A stretch of 64,000 nucleotides of DNA from Auanema rhodensis. Its lineage: Eukaryota; Animalia; Nematoda. Position numbers and translations under genes: made by a program. The notes under the pieces were generated by a model, which was not told the DNA's origin, did no database searches, and saw only the letters and a program-made list of their open reading frames with translations. Shown in pieces: positions 27,090-40,100 of the stretch. Position 1 is the stretch's first letter; the number at the start of each line of letters is the position of its first letter. The DNA lies in NCBI GenBank assembly GCA_964057225.1, contig OZ059896.1, forward strand, positions 372,001 through 436,000, in the 5' to 3' direction.

Positions 27090-30000
27090 CAATATCAATA
27101 AAAATTTGTTTTTAGACTAATATGGACATGGGGAATCTAATTTTGAAAACCGCATCTTTTTATCTTTCACGTGAAGCGAGTTACATACCAAGTGCACATC
27201 ACGTGTACATTTAATTAGCATAAATTGAAGTTCACGTAAATTTCAAAGTTATGGTTACCATGCACCAATATCAATAAAAATTTGTTTTTAGACTAATATG
27301 GACATGGGGAATCTAATTTTGAAAACCGCATCTCTTTATCTTTCACGTGAAGCGAGTTACATACCAAGTGCACATCACGTGTACATTTAATTAGCATAAA
27401 TTAAAGTTCACGTAAATTTCAAAGTCATGGTTACCATGCACCAATATCAATAAAAACTTGTTTTTAGACTAATATGGACATGGGGAATCTAATTTTGAAA
27501 ACCGCATCTCTTTATCTTTCACGTGAAGCGAGTTACATACCAAGTGCACATCACGTGTACATTTAATTAGCATAAATTAAAGTTCACGTAAATTTCAAAG
27601 TTATGGTTACCATGCACCAATATCAATAAAAATTTGTTTTTAGACTAATATGGACATGGGGAATCTAATTTTGAAAACCGCATCTCTTTATCTTTCACGT
27701 GAAGCGAGTTACATACCAAGTGCACATCACGTGTACATTTATTTAGCATAAATTAAAGTTCACGTAAATTTCAAAGTCATGGTTACCATGAAGCAATATC
27801 AATAAAAATTTGTTTTTAGACTAATATGGACATGGGGAATCTAATTTTGAAAACCGCATCTCTTTATCTTTCACGTGAAGCGAGTTACATACCAAGTGCA
27901 CATCACGTGTACATTTAATTAGCATAAATTAAAGTTCACGTAAATTTCAAAGTCATGGTTACCATGCACCAATATCAATAAAAACTTGTTTTTAGACTAA
28001 TATGGACATGGGGAATCTAATTTTGAAAACCGCATCTCTTTATCTTTCACGTGAAGCGAGTTACATACCAAGTGCACATCACGTGTACATTTAATTAGCA
28101 TAAATTAAAGTTCACGTAAATTTCAAAGTTATGGTTACCATGCACCAATATCAATAAAAATTTGTTTTTAGACTAATATGGACATGGGGAATCTAATTTT
28201 GAAAACCGCATCTCTTTATCTTTCACGTGAAGCGAGTTACATACCAAGTGCACATCACGTGTACATTTATTTAGCATAAATTAAAGTTCACGTAAATTTC
28301 AAAGTCATGGTTACCATGAAGCAATATCAATAAAAATTTGTTTTTAGACTAATATGGACATGGGGAATCTAATTTTGAAAACCGCATCTCTTTATCTTTC
28401 ACGTGAAGCGAGTTACATACCAAGTGCACATCACGTGTACATTTAATTAGCATAAATTAAAGTTCACGTAAATTTCAAAGTCATGGTTACCATGCACCAA
28501 TATCAATAAAAATTTGTTTTTAGACTAATATGGACATGGGGAATCTAATTTTGAAAACCGCATCTTTTTATCTTTCACGTGAAGCGAGTTACATACCAAG
28601 TGCACATCACGTGTACATTTAATTAGCATAAATTAAAGTTCACGTAAATTTCAAAGTCATGGTTACCATGCACCAATATCAATAAAAATTTGTTTTTAGA
28701 CTAATATGGACATGGGGAATCTAATTTTGAAAACCGCATCTTTTTATCTTTCACGTGAAGCGAGTTACATACCAAGTGCACATCACGTGTACATTTAATT
28801 AGCATAAATTGAAGTTCACGTAAATTTCAAAGTTATGGTTACCATGCACCAATATCAATAAAAATTTGTTTTTAGACTAATATGGACATGGGGAATCTAA
28901 TTTTGAAAACCGCATCTCTTTATCTTTCACGTGAAGCGAGTTACATACCAAGTGCACATCACGTGTACATTTAATTAGCATAAATTAAAGTTCACGTAAA
29001 TTTCAAAGTCATGGTTACCATGAACCAATATCAATAAAAATTTGTTTTTAGACTAATATGGACATGGGGAATCTAATTTTGAAAATCGCATCTCTTTATC
29101 TTTCACGTGAAGCGAGTTACATACCAAGTGCACATCACGTGTACATTTAATTAGCATAAATTAAAGTTCACGTAAATTTCAAAGTCATGGTTACCATGAA
29201 CCAATATCAATAAAAATTTGTTTTTAGACTAATATGGACATGGGGAATCTAATTTTGAAAACCGCATCTCTTTATCTTTCACGTGAAGCGAGTTACATAC
29301 CAAGTGCACATCACGTGTACATTTAATTAGCATAAATTAAAGTTCACGTAAATTTCAAAGTCATGGTTACCATGAAGTAATATCAATAAAAATTTGTTTT
29401 TAGACTAATATGGACATGGGGAATCTAATTTTGAAAACCGCATCTCTTTATCTTTCACGTGAAGCGAGTTACATACCAAGTGCACATCACGTGTACATTT
29501 AATTAGCATGAATTAAAGTTCACGTAAATTTCAAAGTCATGGTTACCATGCACCAATATCAATAAAAATTGGTATTTAGACTAATATGGACATGGGGAAT
29601 CTAATTTTGAAAACCGCATCTCTTTATCTTTCACGTGAAGCGAGTTACATACCAAGTGCACATCACGTGTACATTTATTTAGCATAAATTAAAGTTCACG
29701 TAAATTTCAAAGTCATGGTTACCATGAAGCAATATCAATAAAAATTTGTTTTTAGACTAATATGGACATGGGGAATCTAATTTTGAAAACCGCATCTCTT
29801 TATCTTTCACGTGAAGCGAGTTACATACCAAGTGCACATCACGTGTACATTTAATTAGCATAAATTAAAGTTCACGTAAATTTCAAAGTTATGGTTACCA
29901 TGCACCAATATCAATAAAAATTTGTTTTTAGACTAATATGGACATGGGGAATCTAATTTTGAAAACCGCATCTCTTTATCTTTCACGTGAAGCGAGTTAC

Positions 30001-33000
30001 ATACCAAGTGCACATCACGTGTACATTTAATTAGCATAAATTAAAGTTCACGTAAATTTCAAAGTCATGGTTACCATGAACCAATATCAATAAAAATTTG
30101 TTTTTAGACTAATATGGACATGGGGAATCTAATTTTGAAAACCGCATCTCTTTATCTTTCACGTGAAGCGAGTTACATACCAAGTGCACATCACGTGTAC
30201 ATTTAATTAGCATAAATTAAAGTTCACGTAAATTTCAAAGTCATGGTTACCATGAAGCAATATCAATAAAAATTTGTTTTTAGACTAATATGGACATGGG
30301 GAATCTAATTTTGAAAACCGCATCTCTTTATCTTTCACGTGAAGCGAGTTACATACCAAGTGCACATCACGTGTACATTTAATTAGCATAAATTAAAGTT
30401 CACGTAAATTTCAAAGTCATGGTTACCATGAAGCAATATCAATAAAAATTCGTTTTTAGACTAATATGGACATGGGGAATCTAATTTTGAAAACCGCATC
30501 TCTTTATCTTTCACGTGAAGCGAGTTACATACCAAGTGCACATCACGTGTACATTTAATTAGCATAAATTAAAGTTCACGTAAATTTCAAAGTCATGGTT
30601 ACCATGAAGCAATATCAATAAAAATTTGTTTTTAGACTAATATGGACATGGGGAATCTAATTTTGAAAACCGCATCTCTTTATCTTTCACGTGAAGCGAG
30701 TTACATACCAAGTGCACATCACGTGTACATTTAATTAGCATAAATTAAAGTTCACGTAAATTTCAAAGTCATGGTTACCATGAACCAATATCAATAAAAA
30801 TTTGTTTTTAGACTAATATGGACATGGGGAATCTAATTTTGAAAACCGCATCTCTTTATCTTTCACGTGAAGCGAGTTACATACCAAGTGCACATCACGT
30901 GTACATTTAATTAGCATAAATTAAAGTTCACGTAAATTTCAAAGTCATGGTTACCATGAAGTAATATCAATAAAAATTTGTTTTTAGACTAATATGGACA
31001 TGGGGAATCTAATTTTGAAAACCGCATCTCTTTATCTTTCACGTGAAGCGAGTTACATACCAAGTGCACATCACGTGTACATTTAATTAGCATGAATTAA
31101 AGTTCACGTAAATTTCAAAGTCATGGTTAGCATGCACCAATATCAATAAAAATTTGTATTTAGACTAATATGGACATGGGGAATCTAATTTTGAAAACCG
31201 CATCTCTTTATCTTTCACGTGAAGCGAGTTACATACCAAGTGCACATCACGTGTACATTTAATTAGCATAAATTAAAGTTCACGTAAATTTCAAAGTCAT
31301 GGTTACCATGCACCAATATCAATAAAAATTTGTTTTTAGACTAATATGGACATGGGGAATCTAATTTTGAAAACTGCATCTCTTTATCTTTCACGTGAAG
31401 CGAGTTACATACCAAGTGCACATCACGTGTACATTTAATTAGCATAAATTAAAGTTCACGTAAATTTCAAAGTCATGGTTACCATGAACCAATATCAATA
31501 AAAATTTGTTTTTAGACTAATATGGACATGGGGAATCTAATTTTGAAAACCGCATCTCTTTATCTTTCACGTGAAGCGAGTTACATACCAAGTGCACATC
31601 ACGTGTACATTTAATTAGCATAAATTAAAGTTCACGTAAATTTCAAAGTCATGGTTACCATGAAGCAATATCAATAAAAATTCGTTTTTAGACTAATATG
31701 GACATGGGGAATCTAATTTTGAAAACCGCATCTCTTTATCTTTCACGTGAAGCGAGTTACATACCAAGTGCACATCACGTGTACATTTAATTAGCATAAA
31801 TTAAAGTTCACGTAAATTTCAAAGTCATGGTTACCATGAAGCAATATCAATAAAAATTCGTTTTTAGACTAATATGGACATGGGGAATCTAATTTTGAAA
31901 ACCGCATCTCTTTATCTTTCACGTGAAGCGAGTTACATACCAAGTGCACATCACGTGTACATTTAATTAGCATAAATTAAAGTTCACGTAAATTTCAAAG
32001 TCATGGTTACCATGAACCAATATCAATAAAAATTTGTTTTTAGACTAATATGGACATGGGGAATCTAATTTTGAAAACCGCATCTCTTTATCTTTCACGT
32101 GAAGCGAGTTACATACCAAGTGCACATCACGTGTACATTTAATTAGCATAAATTAAAGTTCACGTAAATTTCAAAGTCATGGTTACCATGAAGCAATATC
32201 AATAAAAATTTGTTTTTAGCCTAATATGGACATGGGGAATCTAATTTTGAAAACCGCATCTCTTTATCTTTCACGTGAAGCGAGTTACATACCAAGTGCA
32301 CATCACGTGTACATTTAATTAGCATGAATTTAAGTTCACGTAAATTTCAAAGTCATGGTTACCATGCACCAATATCAATAAAAATTTGTTTTTAGACTAA
32401 TATGGACATGGGGAATCTAATTTTGAAAACCGCATCTCTTTATCTTTCACGTGAAGCGAGTTACATACCGAGTGCACATCACGTGTACATTTAATTAGCA
32501 TAAATTAAAGTTCACGTAAATTTCAAAGTCATGGTTACCATGCACCAATATCAATAAAAATTTGTTTTTAGACTAATATGGACATGGGGAATCTAATTTT
32601 GAAAACCGCATCTCTTTATCTTTCACGTGAAGCGAGTTACATACCGAGTGCACATCACGTGTACATTTAATTAACATAAATAAAAGTTCACGTAAATTTC
32701 AAAGTCATGGTTACCATGAACCAATATCAATAAAAATTTGTTTTTAGACTAATATGGACATGGGGAATCTAATTTTGAAAACCGCATCTCTTTATCTTTC
32801 ACGTGAAGCGAGTTACATACCAAGTGCACATCACGTGTACATTTAATTAGCATAAATTAAAGTTCACGTAAATTTCAAAGTCATGGTTACCATGCACCAA
32901 TATCAATAAAAATTTGTTTTTAGACTAATATGGACATGGGGAATCTAATTTTGAAAACCGCATCTCTTTATCTTTCACGTGAAGCGAGTTACATACCAAG

Positions 33001-36000
33001 TGCACATCACGTGTACATTTAATTAGCATAAATTAAAGTTCACGTAAATTTCAAAGTCATGGTTACCATGAAGCAATATCAATAAAAATTCGTTTTTAGA
33101 CTAATATGGACATGGGGAATCTAATTTTGAAAACCGCATCTCTTTATCTTTCACGTGAAGCGAGTTACATACCAAGTGCACATCACGTGTACATTTAATT
33201 AGCATAAATTAAAGTTCACGTAAATTTCAAAGTCATGGTTACCATGAAGCAATATCAATAAAAATTCGTTTTTTGACTAATATGGACATGGGGAATCTAA
33301 TTTTGAAAACCGCATCTCTTTATCTTTCACGTGAAGCGAGTTACATACCAAGTGCACATCACGTGTACATTTAATTAGCATAAATTAAAGTTCACGTAAA
33401 TTTCAAAGTCATGGTTACCATGCACCAATATCAATAAAAACTTGTTTTTAGACTAATATGGACATGGGGAATCTAATTTTGAAAACCGCATCTCTTTATC
33501 TTTCACGTGAAGCGAGTTACATACCAAGTGCACATCACGTGTACATTTAATTAGCATAAATTAAAGTTCACGTAAATTTCAAAGTTATGGTTACCATGCA
33601 CCAATATCAATAAAAATTTGTTTTTAGACTAATATGGACATGGGGAATCTAATTTTGAGAACCGCATCTCTTTATCTTTCACGTGAAGCGAGTTACATAC
33701 CAAGTGCACATCACGTGTACATTTAATTAGCATAAATTAAAGTTCACGTAAATTTCAAAGTCATGGTTACCATGAACCAATATCAATAAAAATTTGTTTT
33801 TAGACTAATATGGACATGGGGAATCTAATTTTGAAAACCGCATCTCTTTATCTTTCACGTGAAGCGAGTTACATACCAAGTGCACATCACGTGTACATTT
33901 AATTAGCATAAATTAAAGTTCACGTAAATTTCAAAGTCATGGTTACCATGAAGTAATATCAATAAAAATTTGTTTTTAGACTAATATGGACATGGGGAAT
34001 CTAATTTTGAAAACCGCATCTCTTTATCTTTCACGTGAAGCGAGTTACATACCAAGTGCACATCACGTGTACATTTAATTAGCATGAATTAAAGTTCACG
34101 TAAATTTCAAAGTCATGGTTACCATGCACCAATATCAATAAAAATTTGTATTTAGACTAATATGGACATGGGGAATCTAATTTTGAAAACCGCATCTCTT
34201 TATCTTTCACGTGAAGCGAGTTACATACCAAGTGCACATCACGTGTACATTTAATTAGCATAAATTAAAGTTCACGTAAATTTCAAAGTCATGGTTACCA
34301 TGCACCAATATCAATAAAAATTTGTTTTTAGACTAATATGGACATGGGGAATCTAATTTTGAAAACTGCATCTCTTTATCTTTCACGTGAAGCGAGTTAC
34401 ATACCAAGTGCACATCACGTGTACATTTAATTAGCATAAATTAAAGTTCACGTAAATTTCAAAGTCATGGTTACCATGAACCAATATCAATAAAAATTTG
34501 TTTTTAGACTAATATGGACATGGGGAATCTAATTTTGAAAACCGCATCTCTTTATCTTTCACGTGAAGCGAGTTACATACCAAGTGCACATCACGTGTAC
34601 ATTTAATTAGCATAAATTAAAGTTCACGTAAATTTCAAAGTCATGGTTACCATGAAGCAATATCAATAAAAATTCGTTTTTAGACTAATATGGACATGGG
34701 GAATCTAATTTTGAAAATCGCATCTCTTTATCTTTCACGTGAAGCGAGTTACATACCAAGTGCACATCACGTGTACATTTAATTAGCATAAATTAAAGTT
34801 CACGTAAATTTCAAAGTCATGGTTACCATGAAGCAATATCAATAAAAATTTGTTTTTAGACTAATATGGACATGGGGAATCTAATTTTGAAAACCGCATC
34901 TCTTTATCTTTCACGTGAAGCGAGTTACATACCAAGTGCACATCACGTGTACATTTAATTAGCATAAATTAAAGTTCACGTAAATTTCAAAGTCATGGTT
35001 ACCATGAAGCAATATCAATAAAAATTCGTTTTTAGACTAATATGGACATGGGGAATCTAATTTTGAAAACCGCATCTCTTTATCTTTCACGTGAAGCGAG
35101 TTACATACCAAGTGCACATCACGTGTACATTTAATTAGCATAAATTAAAGTTCACGTAAATTTCAAAGTCATGGTTACCATGAAGCAATATCAATAAAAA
35201 TTTGTTTTTAGACTAATATGGACATGGGGAATCTAATTTTGAAAACCGCATCTCTTTATCTTTCACGTGAAGCGAGTTACATACCAAGTGCACATCACGT
35301 GTACATTTAATTAGCATAAATTAAAGTTCACGTAAATTTCAAAGTCATGGTTACCATGAAGTAATATCAATAAAAATTTGTTTTTAGACTAATATGGACA
35401 TGGGGAATCTAATTTTGAAAACCGCATCTCTTTATCTTTCACGTGAAGCGAGTTACATACCAAGTGCACATCACGTGTACATTTAATTAGCATGAATTAA
35501 AGTTCACGTAAATTTCAAAGTCATGGTTAGCATGCACCAATATCAATAAAAATTTGTATTTAGACTAATATGGACATGGGGAATCTAATTTTGAAAACCG
35601 CATCTCTTTATCTTTCACGTGAAGCGAGTTACATACCAAGTGCACATCACGTGTACATTTAATTAGCATAAATTAAAGTTCACGTAAATTTCAAAGTCAT
35701 GGTTACCATGCACCAATATCAATAAAAATTTGTTTTTAGACTAATATGGACATGGGGAATCTAATTTTGAAAACTGCATCTCTTTATCTTTCACGTGAAG
35801 CGAGTTACATACCAAGTGCACATCACGTGTACATTTAATTAGCATAAATTAAAGTTCACGTAAATTTCAAAGTCATGGTTACCATGAAGCAATATCAATA
35901 AAAATTCGTTTTTAGACTAATATGGACATGGGGAATCTAATTTTGAAAATCGCATCTCTTTATCTTTCACGTGAAGCGAGTTACATACCAAGTGCACATC

Positions 36001-37192
36001 ACGTGTACATTTAATTAGCATAAATTAAAGTTCACGTAAATTTCAAAGTCATGGTTACCATGAAGCAATATCAATAAAAATTTGTTTTTAGACTAATATG
36101 GAAATGGGGAATCTAATTTTGAAAACCGCATCTCTTTATCTTTCACGTGAAGCGAGTTACATACCAAGTGCACATCACGTGTACATTTAATTAGCATAAA
36201 TTAAAGTTCACGTAAATTTCAAAGTCATGGTTACCATGAAGCAATATCAATAAAAATTCGTTTTTAGACTAATATGGACATGGGGAATCTAATTTTGAAA
36301 ACCGCATCTCTTTATCTTTCACGTGAAGCGAGTTACATACCAAGTGCACATCACGTGTACATTTAATTAGCATAAATTAAAGTTCACGTAAATTTCAAAG
36401 TCATGGTTACCATGAACCAATATCAATAAAAATTTGTTTTTACACTAATATGGACATGGGGAATCTAATTTTGAAAACCGCATCTCTTTATCTTTCACGT
36501 GAAGCGAGTTACATACCAAGTGCACATCACGTGTACATTTAATTAGCATAAATTAAAGTTCACGTAAATTTCAAAGTCATGGTTACCATGAAGCAATATC
36601 AATAAAAATTTGTTTTTAGCCTAATATGGACATGGGGAATCTAATTTTGAAAACCGCATCTCTTTATCTTTCACGTGAAGCGAGTTACATACCAAGTGCA
36701 CATCACGTGTACATTTAATTAGCATGAATTTAAGTTCACGTAAATTTCAAAGTCATGGTTACCATGCACCAATATCAATAAAAATTTGTTTTTAGACTAA
36801 TATGGACATGGGGAATCTAATTTTGAAAACCGCATCTCTTTATCTTTCACGTGAAGCGAGTTACATACCGAGTGCACATCACGTGTACATTTAATTAGCA
36901 TAAATTAAAGTTCACGTAAATTTCAAAGTCATGGTTACCATGCACCAATATCAATAAAAATTTGTTTTTAGACTAATATGGACATGGGGAATCTAATTTT
37001 GAAAACCGCATCTCTTTATCTTTTACGTGAAGCGAGTTACATACCGAGTGCACATCACGTGTACATTTAATTAACATAAATTAAAGTTCACGTAAATTTC
37101 AAAGTCATGGTTACCATGAACCAATATCAATAAAAATTTGTTTTTAGACTAATATGGACATGGGGAATCTAATTTTGAAAACCGCATCTCTT
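27090..37192 (+). repeat. Copy 2 of the ~10.1-kb intra-array segmental duplication (n155-211)
   Basis: I found no differences from 15122-25224 by monomer-by-monomer reading. Identity is bounded on the left by cacc vs aagc and on the right by T57C at 37193. Confidence 0.93.
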
Positions 37193-40100
37193 CATCTTTC
37201 ACGTGAAGCGAGTTACATACCAAGTGCACATCACGTGTACATTTAATTAGCATAAATTAAAGTTCACGTAAATTTCAAAGTCATGGTTACCATGCACCAA
37301 TATCAATAAAAATTTGTTTTTAGACTAATATGGACATGGGGAATCTAATTTTGAAAACCGCATCTCTTCATCTTTCACGTGAAGCGAGTTACATACCAAG
37401 TGCACATCACGTGTACATTTAATTAGCATAAATTAAAGTTCACGTAAATTTCAAAGTCATGGTTACCATGCACCAATATCAATAAAAATTTGTTTTTAGA
37501 CTAATATGGACATGGGGAATATAATTTTGAAAACCGCATCTCTTTATCTTTCACGTGAAGCGAGTTACATACCAAGTGCACATCACGTGTACATTTAATT
37601 AGCATAAATTAAAGTTCACGTAAATTTCAAAGTCATGGTTACCATGAACCAATATCAATAAAAATTTGTTTTTAGACTAATATGGACATGGGGAATCTAA
37701 TTTTGAAAACCGCATCTCTTTATCTTTCACGTGAAGCGAGTTACATACCAAGTGCACATCACGTGTACATTTAATTAGCATAAATTAAAGTTCACGGAAA
37801 TTTCAAAGTCATGGTTACCATGAAGCAATATCAATAAAAATTTGTTTTTAGACTAATATGGACATGGGGAATCTAATTTTGAAAACCGCATCTCTTTATC
37901 TTTCACGTGAAGCGAGTTACATACCAAGTGCACATCACGTGTACATTTAATTAGCATAAATTAAAGTTCACGTAAAATTCAAAGTCATGGTTACCATGAA
38001 CCAATATCAATAAAAATTTGTTTTTAGACTAATATGGACATGGGGAATCTAATTTTGAAAACCGCATCTCTTTATCTTTCACGTGAAGCGAGTTACATAC
38101 CAAGTGCACATCACGTGTACATTTAATTAGCATAAATTAAAGTTCACGTAAATTTCAAAGTCATGGTTACCATGAAGCAATATCAATAAAAATTTGTTTT
38201 TAGACTAATATGGACATGGGGAATCTAATTTTGAAAACCGCATCTCTTTATCTTTCACGTGAAGCGAGTTACATACCAAGTGCACATCACGTGTACATTT
38301 AATTAGCATTAATTAAAGTTCACGTAAATTTCAAAGTCATGGTTACCATGAACCAATATCAATAAAAATTTGTTTTTAGACTAATATGGACATGGGGAAT
38401 CTAATTTTGAAAACCGCATCTCTTTATCTTTCACGTGAAGCGAGTTACATACCAAGTGCACATCACGTGTACATTTAATTAGCATAAATTAAAGTTCACG
38501 TAAATTTCAAAGTCATGGTTACCATGAACCAATATCAATAAAAATTTGTTTTTAGACTAATATGGACATGGGGAATCTAATTTTGAAAACCGCATCTCTT
38601 TATCTTTCACGTGAAGCGAGTTACATACCAAGTGCACATCACGTGTACATTTAATTAGCATAAATTAAAGTTCACGTAAATTTCAAAGTCATGGTTACCA
38701 TGCACCAATATCAATAAAAATTTGTTTTTAGACTAATATGGACATGGGGAATCTAATTTTGAAAACCGCATCTCTTTATCTTTCACGTGAAGCGAGTTAC
38801 ATACCAAGTGCACATCACGTGTACATTTAATTAGCATAAATTAAAGTTCACGTAAATTTCAAAGTCATGGTTACCATGCACCAATATCAATAAAAATTTG
38901 TTTTTAGACTAATATGGACATGGGGAATCTAATTTTGAAAACCGCATCTCTTTATCTTTCACGTGAAGCGAGTTACATACCAAGTGCACATCACGTGTAC
39001 ATTTAATTAGCATAAATTAAAGTTCACGTAAATTTCAAAGTCATGGTTACCATGAACCAATATCAATAAAAATTTGTTTTTAGACTAATATGGACATGGG
39101 GAATCTAATTTTGAAAACCGCATCTCTTTATCTTTCACGTGAAGCGAGTTACATACCAAGTGCACATCACGTGTACATTTAATTAGCATAAATTATAGTT
39201 CACGTAAATTTCAAAGTCATGGTTACCATGAACCAATATCAATAAAAATTTGTTTTTAGACTAATATGGACATGGGGAATCTAATTTTGAAAACCGCATC
39301 TCTTTATCTTTCACGTGAAGCGAGTTACATACCAAGTGCACATCACGTGTACATTTAATTAGCATAAATTAAAGTTCACGTAAATTTCAAAGTCATGGTT
39401 ACCATGAACCAATATCAATAAAAATTTGTTTTTAGACTAATATGGACATGGGGAATCTAATTTTGAAAACCGCATCTCTTTATCTTTCACGTGAAGCGAG
39501 TTACATACCAAGTGCACATCACGTGTACATTTAATTAGCATAAATTAAAGTTCACGTAAATTTCAAAGTCATGGTTACCATGAACCAATATCAATGAAAA
39601 TTTGTTTTTAGACTAATATGGACATGGGGAATCTAATTTTGAAAACCGCATCTCTTTATCTTTCACGTGAAGCGAGTTACATACCAAGTGCACATCACGT
39701 GTACATTTAATTAGCATAAATTAAAGTTCACGTAAATTTCAAAGTCATGGTTACCATGAACTAATATCAATAAAAATTTGTTTTTAGACTAATATGGACA
39801 TGGGGAATCTAATTTTGAAAACCGCATCTCTTTATCTTTCACGTGAAGCGAGTTACATACCAAGTGCACATCACGTGTACATTTAATTAGCATAAATTAA
39901 AGTTCACGTAAATTTCAAAGTCATGGTTACCATGAACCAATATCAATAAAAATTTGTTTTTAGACTAATATGGACATGGGGAATCTAATTTTGAAAACCG
40001 CATCTCTTTATCTTTCACGTGAAGCGAGTTACATACCAAGTGCACATCACGTGTACATTTAATTAGCATAAATTAAAGTTCACGGAAATTTCAAAGTCAT

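Larger units (their letters stand above)
1..37136 (+). repeat. Variant domain A of the satellite (n1-211)
   Basis: C146T, A110T, T3C, T1C, G29A, T6A, A118G, A86G and aagt occur only here. The cacc haplotype is ~45% of monomers by hand count. Confidence 0.85.
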
